Shown: in pieces, positions 19,791 through 27,488 of the stretch | How positions within the stretch are numbered: position 1 is the first letter of the stretch | Layout: each line of letters opens with the position of its first letter | Assembly (NCBI GenBank): GCA_038888155.1 | Contig: JAWAJB010000001.1 | Location: forward strand, 417,954 to 481,953 | Length of the DNA: 64,000 bases | Direction of reading: 5' to 3' | Source of the DNA: Desulfurococcaceae archaeon | GTDB taxonomy: Archaea; Thermoproteota; Thermoprotei_A; Sulfolobales; Desulfurococcaceae | The notes under the pieces: model-generated | The model's input: the letters and a program-made list of their open reading frames with translations, nothing else | The model's database searches: none | What the model was told of the DNA's origin: nothing | Translations under genes and position numbers: made by a program

Positions 19791-20381
19791 CTATTGTTTT
19801 TGGGGCTCGAACTCTACTAGCACAATGCCTCTAGTGGATTCAACGCCCAATATTGAGCAGTTTAGCCCCTCCAGCACCCCTTTCACGAACTCTAGGATGC
19901 TCTGCGTCTCGCCCTCGGTTAGCGATGCAGAAACCAAGCGTAACTTGTACCTTTTCCCAGTGCTTTCTATAACTACTTCTCCTAGCTCCCACCTCGAGGT
20001 CTCTAGTAGCGCCGTAAGAGTTTTTATAGGATCGCTGGACTTCTCCCTTAAGTAAATGCCGTAAGCTCTACCTGAGCTGCGCCACACGGTTAAGATTTCT
20101 TCAGGGGTCCTGCAGGTATTAGCCTCAAGGCACTCAAGTATAGGCTTTGGGGCGAAAACCCCCCCGAGAACTTTTAATAACCTAAAAGCCCTGAGGACTT
20201 CAACTGCTTTCTCTAGGCTGTAATCCATTTCCATAACTTGAAGCGCAGACCTAATTGAGTCCTCAACTAGCTTGCTTATAGAAGAGCCCTGCCTCCTCGC
20301 CTCTTCGAGGAGTCTGTCGACAAGGCTCTTAGAGACGTAGACTAGTCTTTTCTCCTCTTTTCCAGAGCTCGTTTTCAACAC
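19791..20381 (-). CDS. ribbon-helix-helix N-terminal protein with V4R-like C-terminal domain
   Basis: RLVYVSKSLVDRLLEEARRQGSSISKLVEDSI has an RHH pattern; C-terminal GRAYG..FVKGVLEGL resembles V4R/HNOB-like folds (inference). Confidence 0.65.
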   Translation of the reverse strand: MLKTSSGKEEKRLVYVSKSLVDRLLEEARRQGSSISKLVEDSIRSALQVMEMDYSLEKAVEVLRAFRLLKVLGGVFAPKPILECLEANTCRTPEEILTVWRSSGRAYGIYLREKSSDPIKTLTALLETSRWELGEVVIESTGKRYKLRLVSASLTEGETQSILEFVKGVLEGLNCSILGVESTRGIVLVEFEPQKQ

Positions 20382-20959
20382 CTCTTCTCGAACGCGGCTT
20401 TAAGCACTCCACTTACCTCTGTTCTCTGGACCATCCGGTACTTAAACTCGCTCAGTGCCCCTTCGAGCAGCGCCAGGAGTATTTTCGCTACGCTGTGCTC
20501 TACCGTCTCTGGCGTTGCGATAACGGCCTCTACTTTGTTGTCAAATAGCCTTATTGTAAGATCGCCAATCCAAGCGAAGGCCTTCTCCAAGTCCTTTAAA
20601 AGGGAGGGGAGGGGATCCGGCGTATTGAGGCTTATGTAGTACCTCGCGAGCCAGGAGCCTGCCTGGGCGCCTAACCTTAAGGCCTCCTCAGGTTTCAATG
20701 CGTAGTACTCCCTTAGCGCGCTAAGGACAAGCGCTCTAGGAGTAAGTATAAAGCCTGCGCTACTAGCTCTCCTTTGGAATGAGGTCTCTTCACGTAGCCT
20801 TTCAAACCCCGCATCTGTTCCGACAATCTTGATGTACGATTCAAAAACGTCGTTGACCAGGTTGTAAAGGCTCATGCCCTTCTTATTGGCTATATCTATC
20901 AGTTGATCAACGAGATCTCTCCTCGCGAAGAGGGCTTTTCGCTCGGCGACAACGGGCAA
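20375..20959 (-). CDS. ribbon-helix-helix N-terminal protein, paralog of the adjacent gene
   Basis: KALFARRDLVDQLIDIANKKGMSLYNLVNDVF; same length and architecture as its neighbour; 7-nt overlap. Confidence 0.65.
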   Translation of the reverse strand: MPVVAERKALFARRDLVDQLIDIANKKGMSLYNLVNDVFESYIKIVGTDAGFERLREETSFQRRASSAGFILTPRALVLSALREYYALKPEEALRLGAQAGSWLARYYISLNTPDPLPSLLKDLEKAFAWIGDLTIRLFDNKVEAVIATPETVEHSVAKILLALLEGALSEFKYRMVQRTEVSGVLKAAFEKRC

Positions 20960-21060
20960 GCACTACACCTGCTACAATAAGGGATATTTAAATAGGTATT
21001 TAATTGCAGTCACGCTTAAGGCACGTATAATGAAGGATTGAGATGAAGAATAATTGAGTT

Positions 21061-21076
21061 GAAAAAATAAAAAAAG
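21061..21076 (-). terminator. oligo-T terminator after surface protein gene
   Basis: Minus strand reads as two T runs (CTTTTTTTATTTTTTC) starting a few nt after the stop codon. Confidence 0.55.
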
Positions 21077-21083
21077 TTTACCT

Positions 21084-23525
21084 TTAACCAGCTATTTTTC
21101 TGCGCACAGAGATAACTGCGAAAGCTGCCAACAGCGCTGAGATCAATGAGAATATCACAGCCATCCAGATGGCGGTAGATAGACCTGGTACAGCGCCAGC
21201 GGACTCCTTAATGCTCGATACGTCTGCCTTTATTACGCCTACATCTGTCTTAATAGTTGCAACGTTGCCCTCTATAGTTGTAATCTTGCCCTTGAGTTCG
21301 CCTAGAGTCGTGCTAACCGTTGCCACGTCGTTCTTTATATCTGTTACAACTGGCTTGAGCGCTGATACGTCTGCCTTTATTACGCCTACATCTGTCTTAA
21401 TAGTTGCAACATCTCCCTGTATGCTGGATATTACGGGCTTTAGAGTCGATAGATCTGCCTTTATCGTGCCCACAGTGGTGCTTATAGTTGCTATGCTGTC
21501 GCTCACAGAAACTAAAGTGGCGTTAAACGAGTCGAGCTTGCTGCAAACTGGGTCGTTCTCGCAAGTCACTGCAAAGGCCTTGAAGTACTCTGGGGCGACA
21601 GTGCCGGTGCGAGATTCTAAGTCAAACTTGTATAGCGCGACGACGTGTAGCCCTGGCCTGAAGCCTGCAGCTACTAGGGTTAAGTTGAGGTATCCGCAGT
21701 CATCGCAGGCTGCGTGGATTGAGAGCTGGTTGTCGACGAGCACTGAGTAGAACACATCTGGGGTGAGCCCTGTCAACACTACGTACACCTTATTGCCATC
21801 GTTGGCGAACGTATCGAGGCCTGTCACAGCGTGAACTATATCCATCTTTGGCAGTATCTTGAAGAAAGCTCGGTCCGTGGAGAATAAGGCCGGTTCGAAC
21901 GTTGAAGTGTCAACTACTGCATCCTCGCAGTCCCAAGGCGAGCAGGCTCTAACTTCGTGGAGCCCTCCGTCTGCGGGGACAGTAAAAGTAGTTAACGCCT
22001 TGCCGTCTAGCCCTACTGTTACATTCTTTAAGTTAGTCCACTCATCATCTAGTACTATGTATTTCTCCTCGTCAAGCAGCTTTGAGCAGGTGGTGTTCCA
22101 CCAAAGCCCCGCGCTCTTGTTGGCTGGGAACTCGGTGAGCGTTACCTTAACGCTGGAGCCAACGTATCCCTCAGTTGGATCTAGCTTAATGCCCGGCCTG
22201 ACTACTGTTAAGTTAAACCAGTACACTAGCTCTTCGTCATCAACTGTTTCGATAATCTTGACTAAGTACGTATTGGTTGCACTTAACCCATAAGGATAGT
22301 CTTCGGTGGGGAGGCTTATTTCAACGTTGAAGAACCCCCTCTCGTCGAGCGATATTTCTAGGTACTCCTCGTAATCGAAGCCCTCTACGTCAACTTCGAT
22401 GGTAGCGCTGGGGTTCCACCACCCGCCGGCGAGAATGATGTTGTCATACGTGTGGTTGCCGTATGCTTTAACTACGAGCGTGTTGTTGCCTGCGCCAGTG
22501 TAGTCATCTGTGTACTTTAAGGCAATATCGTTCCTTAGCTCTGACCTCAGCTCTACAATAGACCTAGCGTACTCTCTGTAGGTAACATAGTCTACGAGAG
22601 TTCCCTCTCCAGGATCCGCGTCTGTCATATCCCATATGTATATGTTGATGTCCTTGTAGGGTATAGCCCCCTTGCCTGTCCACGCCAACTTTAAGTCTTT
22701 AATATAGAAGTCTTCGTAAAGCAAGCCCCACTCATCTGCACAAGAGTAGTAATCATCGAAAAGCGGCTCATCTGTGTCGTTAGCGCTTCCGTAAGTAAGG
22801 CTGAAGCATGTAGACGGCTCTATTGCGGCGCCCAACAATTCAACATACCCACCGCCCGGCCCCTCGCTGGGGTAGATAGCGAATCCCGGTAGGAACTCTA
22901 CTTCCTGTGGCGCAACAGCAACTTCGGACCAGTAACCATCATAGATCTTTATGTACTTGTAATTAGCTAATTCTGCTACGTAGAAGGGCACAGGACCTAT
23001 TAAGAGCTTGTAGGACGTGCCCTTAATTGTTGCCTTGCCAATGTAGAAGGTTGCTTCATTTCCACTCTTGAAGCCGTAACCTCCAAGCGGGCTCTCAATT
23101 GTTATTTTCTTTAGACCAGCTGTGTAAAGCGGGGCAACGCTTATCTCGCTAGTATACTCTATTTCGTCGCCTAATAATTGAGAGAGAGGGTCGCTGTCTA
23201 GATATAGCTTGAACTTCGCTCCGCTGAACACTACGTTGTCTAGTACGATCGCGAAGTACCATCCTTTATACGCGCTGTCTCCATCAACTGCTTCAACTTT
23301 CATTTCTCCTGCCTTAATTGATATGTTTTCCTCTGAAATCTTGATGTCCGTGCACACTAGGGTGTCGCCGCTAGGGCTACACTTCACTGCTGCTAGCAGG
23401 GAGTTGCCAGTTGCGGCCTGCACTACTGGTGCCTGTAACAAAGGCAACACAATGCCTAACAGGCTGAACGCTATAATGGCTAATAGCGGGAGTGTGTATA
23501 TTTTTCTAGCTGTTTCTCTACTCAT
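21084..23525 (-). CDS. large cell-surface / S-layer stalk-like glycoprotein
   Basis: N-terminal signal peptide, acidic beta-rich body with NxS/T sequons, heptad-repeat stalk (VATIKTDVGVIKADVS), C-terminal TM helix followed by RRK. Confidence 0.8.
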   Translation of the reverse strand: MSRETARKIYTLPLLAIIAFSLLGIVLPLLQAPVVQAATGNSLLAAVKCSPSGDTLVCTDIKISEENISIKAGEMKVEAVDGDSAYKGWYFAIVLDNVVFSGAKFKLYLDSDPLSQLLGDEIEYTSEISVAPLYTAGLKKITIESPLGGYGFKSGNEATFYIGKATIKGTSYKLLIGPVPFYVAELANYKYIKIYDGYWSEVAVAPQEVEFLPGFAIYPSEGPGGGYVELLGAAIEPSTCFSLTYGSANDTDEPLFDDYYSCADEWGLLYEDFYIKDLKLAWTGKGAIPYKDINIYIWDMTDADPGEGTLVDYVTYREYARSIVELRSELRNDIALKYTDDYTGAGNNTLVVKAYGNHTYDNIILAGGWWNPSATIEVDVEGFDYEEYLEISLDERGFFNVEISLPTEDYPYGLSATNTYLVKIIETVDDEELVYWFNLTVVRPGIKLDPTEGYVGSSVKVTLTEFPANKSAGLWWNTTCSKLLDEEKYIVLDDEWTNLKNVTVGLDGKALTTFTVPADGGLHEVRACSPWDCEDAVVDTSTFEPALFSTDRAFFKILPKMDIVHAVTGLDTFANDGNKVYVVLTGLTPDVFYSVLVDNQLSIHAACDDCGYLNLTLVAAGFRPGLHVVALYKFDLESRTGTVAPEYFKAFAVTCENDPVCSKLDSFNATLVSVSDSIATISTTVGTIKADLSTLKPVISSIQGDVATIKTDVGVIKADVSALKPVVTDIKNDVATVSTTLGELKGKITTIEGNVATIKTDVGVIKADVSSIKESAGAVPGLSTAIWMAVIFSLISALLAAFAVISVRRKIAG
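21217..21410. repeat. 47-bp exact direct repeat (21217-21263 and 21364-21410) in stalk region
   Basis: GATACGTCTGCCTTTATTACGCCTACATCTGTCTTAATAGTTGCAAC present twice, offset by 147 nt (49 codons). Confidence 0.95.
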
Positions 23526-23877
23526 ATAGACACCTTCACTGATACTATCTGTATCTTTAGTACGGTATTTAAACCGGGTGACTACAGCACCATTTAATGT
23601 ATTACATGATCTGTATACAATGATCGATCTATCGTTGTGGCGTTGCCCTATTGAACTTGCGTATAGAAACTCTTAAACTGCCTAGCTGAAGGTATACTTG
23701 GCGTTGAGAGAGGTTTAAGCTTGCTCGTGAACTCCAAAGACTAACAATTAGAGAAAGCACGAGCTATTCCCTACGCGGGTATCGCGCCTCGGCGGCTTAA
23801 TAGCGCCTGGTGATCTTACTATAGGGAACTCTTGTCTTTAAGTAGGCCTAGTGTCCTTTAGGCTACCAACATTTAAC

Positions 23878-24993
23878 CTACTCGTACTCTATTGTTGCTG
23901 GCGGCTTCGGAGTTACATCGAACGCTACAGTTCTAATCTCTGCGCTCTCTGCGACTTTGCGCGCCGCTAGCTCAAGCTCATTAAAGCTGATCTTCGGGAC
24001 CTCCGCTTCAATGAAGTTCTCCGTCTTCACGACTCTCAGGGCGACCACATAAGAGCCGCTGCTTTTCTCTGTAAGTTTTACCAAGATGTGGGGGTACTTA
24101 GTAGCTTCGAAGTGCTTGTAGAGCTCGTACGCGTCTAAATTTTCGGGCCACTCCCTAACTACTACGGGGTGCCCATAGCTACGCCTGCCACCTACAACGC
24201 CTGTGGCCTTAGCGCTGAACACATCGTACGCTACGCCGTTGTTGGTTGAGGACTTTGCGACGTCGTGCTCCCACACAGCCGGAAAGTACTGGCTGAAGCC
24301 TCTGCCTGCAAACAAGCTCTCCACGACGTCTGTTAATCTCCTAACAAGTTCGAGCTTCTCCCTGTAGAGTCTCCCCACTGCCCTAACTAGGAGGCCTGGG
24401 CCGGGGAAGGGCTGCCTATCGACAATAGAGCTCGGCAGGCCGAGGTGTCTTGCGACGGCTCTGACCTCGTGTTTGTAGAGGTTTATCAGCGGTTCAATGA
24501 CAGCTAGCTTGTACTTCCTCAGGAGCTCTTGGTTTAAGACGTTGTGTTGCGTCTTCACGCCTCCCACTGTTTCTACTACGTCAGCCCTTATTGTCCCCTG
24601 AACCACGGAGCTACACCCCTTCTCTTCGGCGATCTCCTTAACTGCAGCGTAAAAGCAGTCCCTAAAGGCAACTCGCTTTTCTTCAGCGTCTGAGCGCCCC
24701 TCGATCTTAGAGATGAAGCTCTCTGAGTAATCGCGCACTTCAACGTCGATCAACCCCTTGAGAGCTTCCCGGACGCGCTTAGCTTCATTGGCCCTCATAA
24801 AGCCAGTGTCTATGAAGATGGGGTGAACAGCTTTGCCGAGAGCTCTCTTAGCGAGCACCGCTGCCGTGGTGCTGTCAACCCCCCCGCTTATGCACGCAAT
24901 AGCGCAATCAACTCTACTTGAAAGAGCCTTTAGGCTTTCGACGATTTCTGCTATAGTACGCTCAATGATAGAAGAATGCACCCCCTTCACCAA
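23878..24993 (-). CDS. guaAB: GMP synthase ATP-pyrophosphatase subunit
   Basis: SGGVDS PP-loop, QGTI, KTQHNV, RQPFPGPGL, DVTPKPPATIEYE; no glutaminase domain. Confidence 0.9.
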   Translation of the reverse strand: MVKGVHSSIIERTIAEIVESLKALSSRVDCAIACISGGVDSTTAAVLAKRALGKAVHPIFIDTGFMRANEAKRVREALKGLIDVEVRDYSESFISKIEGRSDAEEKRVAFRDCFYAAVKEIAEEKGCSSVVQGTIRADVVETVGGVKTQHNVLNQELLRKYKLAVIEPLINLYKHEVRAVARHLGLPSSIVDRQPFPGPGLLVRAVGRLYREKLELVRRLTDVVESLFAGRGFSQYFPAVWEHDVAKSSTNNGVAYDVFSAKATGVVGGRRSYGHPVVVREWPENLDAYELYKHFEATKYPHILVKLTEKSSGSYVVALRVVKTENFIEAEVPKISFNELELAARKVAESAEIRTVAFDVTPKPPATIEYE

Positions 24994-25312
24994 GTTGAAG
25001 TTAGTGTAGTTTGATTCTATTAAACTCGCTTCCTGCCTTAATAAACACTAAAGGTTTCCCCAAGTTAGATGTCCTTGAGCAGTTATTTGGAGTTCCCTAC
25101 GCCTGCGGGAGGAACTAACCCCGCTCTCACTGTGCATTATTGCCATCAACGGCAGATGCACGGATCTTAAGGGGACAGGCTCAAGTCAATTTTATCTCAG
25201 CGAGGTAGAGTTCAGGAGCTCGCAGCTGTTTAGGCGCGGTAATAAAAATATCTCTGCTAGGTAGAGCCCTAACGCAATATAATAGGCAGTTTAGTACAAC
25301 ATTATTCTGCAG

Positions 25313-25360
25313 ATGATGTCTGGTGACGGCACAGATAGGTGAAGAAAACATCTCTTCTGA
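25313..25360 (+). ncRNA. box C/D sRNA (candidate 16S rRNA double guide)
   Basis: C ATGATGT, 12-nt guide, D' CAGA, C' GTGAAGA, 11-nt guide, D CTGA. Confidence 0.75.
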
Positions 25361-25383
25361 AAGTTGCGCAGGCGCTTTAGCCG

Positions 25384-25662
25384 CTACTCTTCAGATTCCT
25401 CTGACTCCCGCTCAAACTCCTCGAGGAAGATCTCGTAGTACTCGCTCAGCATTTCGCGCTCCTCGGGGGTAAGCTTAGTCTCCTTAGCCTCGCTTGCTAC
25501 AGCTGTTGCAACCCTCTTAGCTGATTCTACTTGGTACTTAACAGTGTACTTTTCGCTTTTCTTCTTTGTCTCAAAGCCGCACTTGTTGCACTTCAAGTAC
25601 ACTTCGCTGTCTTTCTTCGTTGGAACCATTATTGACCCACACCTTGGACAAAACTTGACCAT
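25384..25662 (-). CDS. TFS/RpoM-like paralog with only the N-terminal Zn ribbon and an acidic tail
   Basis: KFCPRCGSIM..LKCNKCG; lacks the C-terminal Zn ribbon and the RSADE catalytic hairpin. Confidence 0.8.
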   Translation of the reverse strand: MVKFCPRCGSIMVPTKKDSEVYLKCNKCGFETKKKSEKYTVKYQVESAKRVATAVASEAKETKLTPEEREMLSEYYEIFLEEFERESEESEE

Positions 25663-25761
25663 AAGCTCACCAGCGACTTCTTATACAGGTTTCTCCAAAT
25701 AATATAGTTACACTTACTAAAGTGGCTTTTATTGGTTTCTCCTAAGAGAAGTTAAGAGAAA

Positions 25762-25890
25762 GCGCCCGATCCCAGCTCAGGGCGGCTGCAAGGCCTCGCG
25801 GACCTCACGGCCACCCTGACGTGGTTGGCTTAACTTCCGGGTTCGAAATGAGACCGGGTGTTGCCCAACCACTGTGGCCGGGTCGGGCGC
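25762..25890 (-). rRNA. rrf: 5S rRNA
   Basis: Minus strand GCGCCCGACCCGGCCACAG..ACACCCGGTCTCATTTCGAACCCGGAAGTTAAGCC..GATCGGGCGC; ends pair; not linked to 16S/23S in this window. Confidence 0.97.
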
Positions 25891-25916
25891 CAGTGTCTCT
25901 TTACCTACACTGGCTT

Positions 25917-26192
25917 TTAAATTTTACTCCTCTCGATGGAGTATATTCCCCTGAGCTTTAAATCCCCGCCGCAAGAGGGGCACTTTCCCTTTATCAAGCC
26001 AATGAAGTCTCCGGGCTCAAAGTCCCTTTCAACTCTATAGTTGCACGACATACAAACCAGTAGCTCCCTTACAACGTACGCTGTTTTTCGAGGCCTCTTC
26101 CTGTACGACTCGTAGATGAAGTACGCAGCTATGATCACAAAAACTACGAGAAACAGCAAGCTTGAGTAGTCCATCGTGTTCAACACGTTCAC
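25917..26192 (-). CDS. membrane-anchored Zn-ribbon protein
   Basis: N-terminal TM helix, CMSC..RDFEPGDF..CPSCG; overlaps the DUF1512 gene. Confidence 0.8.
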   Translation of the reverse strand: MNVLNTMDYSSLLFLVVFVIIAAYFIYESYRKRPRKTAYVVRELLVCMSCNYRVERDFEPGDFIGLIKGKCPSCGGDLKLRGIYSIERSKI

Positions 26193-27280
26193 CCCGGGAT
26201 ACCCATAGTGTTGCCTATTCCAGCAATTACTAGGGTCGCGTTAGGCGCTGTGCTCTCCTCTATAATTTTCTCTAGATAGAGGAGGGCCTTTTCGCAGGCC
26301 TCAAAAATTTCTTTTCTCATAGATGTAATAGCCTCCTTCAACTCCATTTTAATTACAAGCGCTCTTAAAGGTATGCTGTACTTTGACGTAGCTCTCTCTA
26401 TAGCTATCTTTTCAGGGCCAGGGTCCCCTATAGCAGCTCCGGCGCCCTCAGCAATAAACCCAGACTCCTCTCCCTCTAGCTTTAACGCAGCGTCTATGGT
26501 GATTACTAAGTCTACGCCGGTCTTCAGCTCCTCTATAATCTGATTTATTACGGCCCCGGGATGGCCTACGTTGCTACCCGGCCCCTCGGCTTTAATAATT
26601 AATAAGCGTCGACCCCTGTATGTAGCCTCGATAATGCTAGTGTCGTCTAAGACTCTCCTGGACTTCACGTTGCTTTTCTCTACTAGGTTGTAGACTACAA
26701 GGGGGCCAGCTCCATCGCCTATTGGCCTCCCCTGCATGAACGACTCCAACGCGTCGTGGTACGTCTGAACTATTCTCATTACCTGCGGCATTAAGTACTG
26801 CAACTGCATTATTATAAGGAAGTTGTTTTCTTTCTCTCCCTGCAAGAGGTAGTGGCGAATTACCTTGTACAAGACGTTTAAAGCCGCTACTACAGATATA
26901 GAAGACTCCACGAGGCTTCTCTCGTGCTTACCAAGCTTGGGGACAGCGTCGCCTATTATCTTCCTAACAGCGCTCTCGGATGTCCTTAATACGTGGTCCA
27001 TCCTCTTAATTATATCTGTTGGCTCAACGCTGACTGGCTCAATAGTGAAGAACTCTAGAACCCTCCCAACGAGGGCCTCTGGCACCTCTACGCCGATGTT
27101 TTTAAGCATGTTGCGTATTTTGGCTTTATCCTCCTCTAAAACAGCGCGTATGAAGTTGAGCTTTGTTTTAATCTCCATTATCCACAGCTTGAGCTGTATT
27201 CGCTGATTGAGGCCTGTAATCATGAGTATAAACAAAATAATCCAAACAATCTGCACTACTAGGGAGAAATCTCCATCCAC
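26189..27280 (-). CDS. DUF1512 family protein
   Basis: N-terminal TM, FTIEPVSVEPTDII, PIGDGAGP, KAEGPG, TIDAALKLEGE, GIGNTMG. Confidence 0.8.
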   Translation of the reverse strand: MDGDFSLVVQIVWIILFILMITGLNQRIQLKLWIMEIKTKLNFIRAVLEEDKAKIRNMLKNIGVEVPEALVGRVLEFFTIEPVSVEPTDIIKRMDHVLRTSESAVRKIIGDAVPKLGKHERSLVESSISVVAALNVLYKVIRHYLLQGEKENNFLIIMQLQYLMPQVMRIVQTYHDALESFMQGRPIGDGAGPLVVYNLVEKSNVKSRRVLDDTSIIEATYRGRRLLIIKAEGPGSNVGHPGAVINQIIEELKTGVDLVITIDAALKLEGEESGFIAEGAGAAIGDPGPEKIAIERATSKYSIPLRALVIKMELKEAITSMRKEIFEACEKALLYLEKIIEESTAPNATLVIAGIGNTMGIPG

Positions 27281-27337
27281 AGCAACGTCACACCAAGCCC
27301 ATTTACAAAGATAAGGATTTAAAAACGTAAAGGGGAG

Positions 27338-27441
27338 TGGACCGGCCGGGATTTGAACCCGGGTCCTCCGCCTCTCCTCGACTCCGGTCTCGCCCTAGAA
27401 CCATGCAAGGGCGGCGCTCTTCCAGGCTGAGCTACCGGCCC
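27338..27441 (-). tRNA. tRNA-Ala(TGC) with 30-nt intron at 37/38 (27374-27403)
   Basis: GGGCCGG/CCGGTCC acceptor stem with G3:U70; CCGCC-CT TGC A^intron^A-GGCGG; relaxed BHB. Confidence 0.93.
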
Positions 27442-27488
27442 ATCCTTAAATCTACTAGTCTTATAAAAGGGGTTTAAAACTCCTTCCC

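Noticed and set aside
23767-25102. GCGTAGGGAA on the minus strand (twice), resembling the 3' end of a TPP riboswitch or IS ends around guaAB
   Set aside because: No CTGAGA or CTGAT core, no thiamine genes, no transposase and no target-site duplication.
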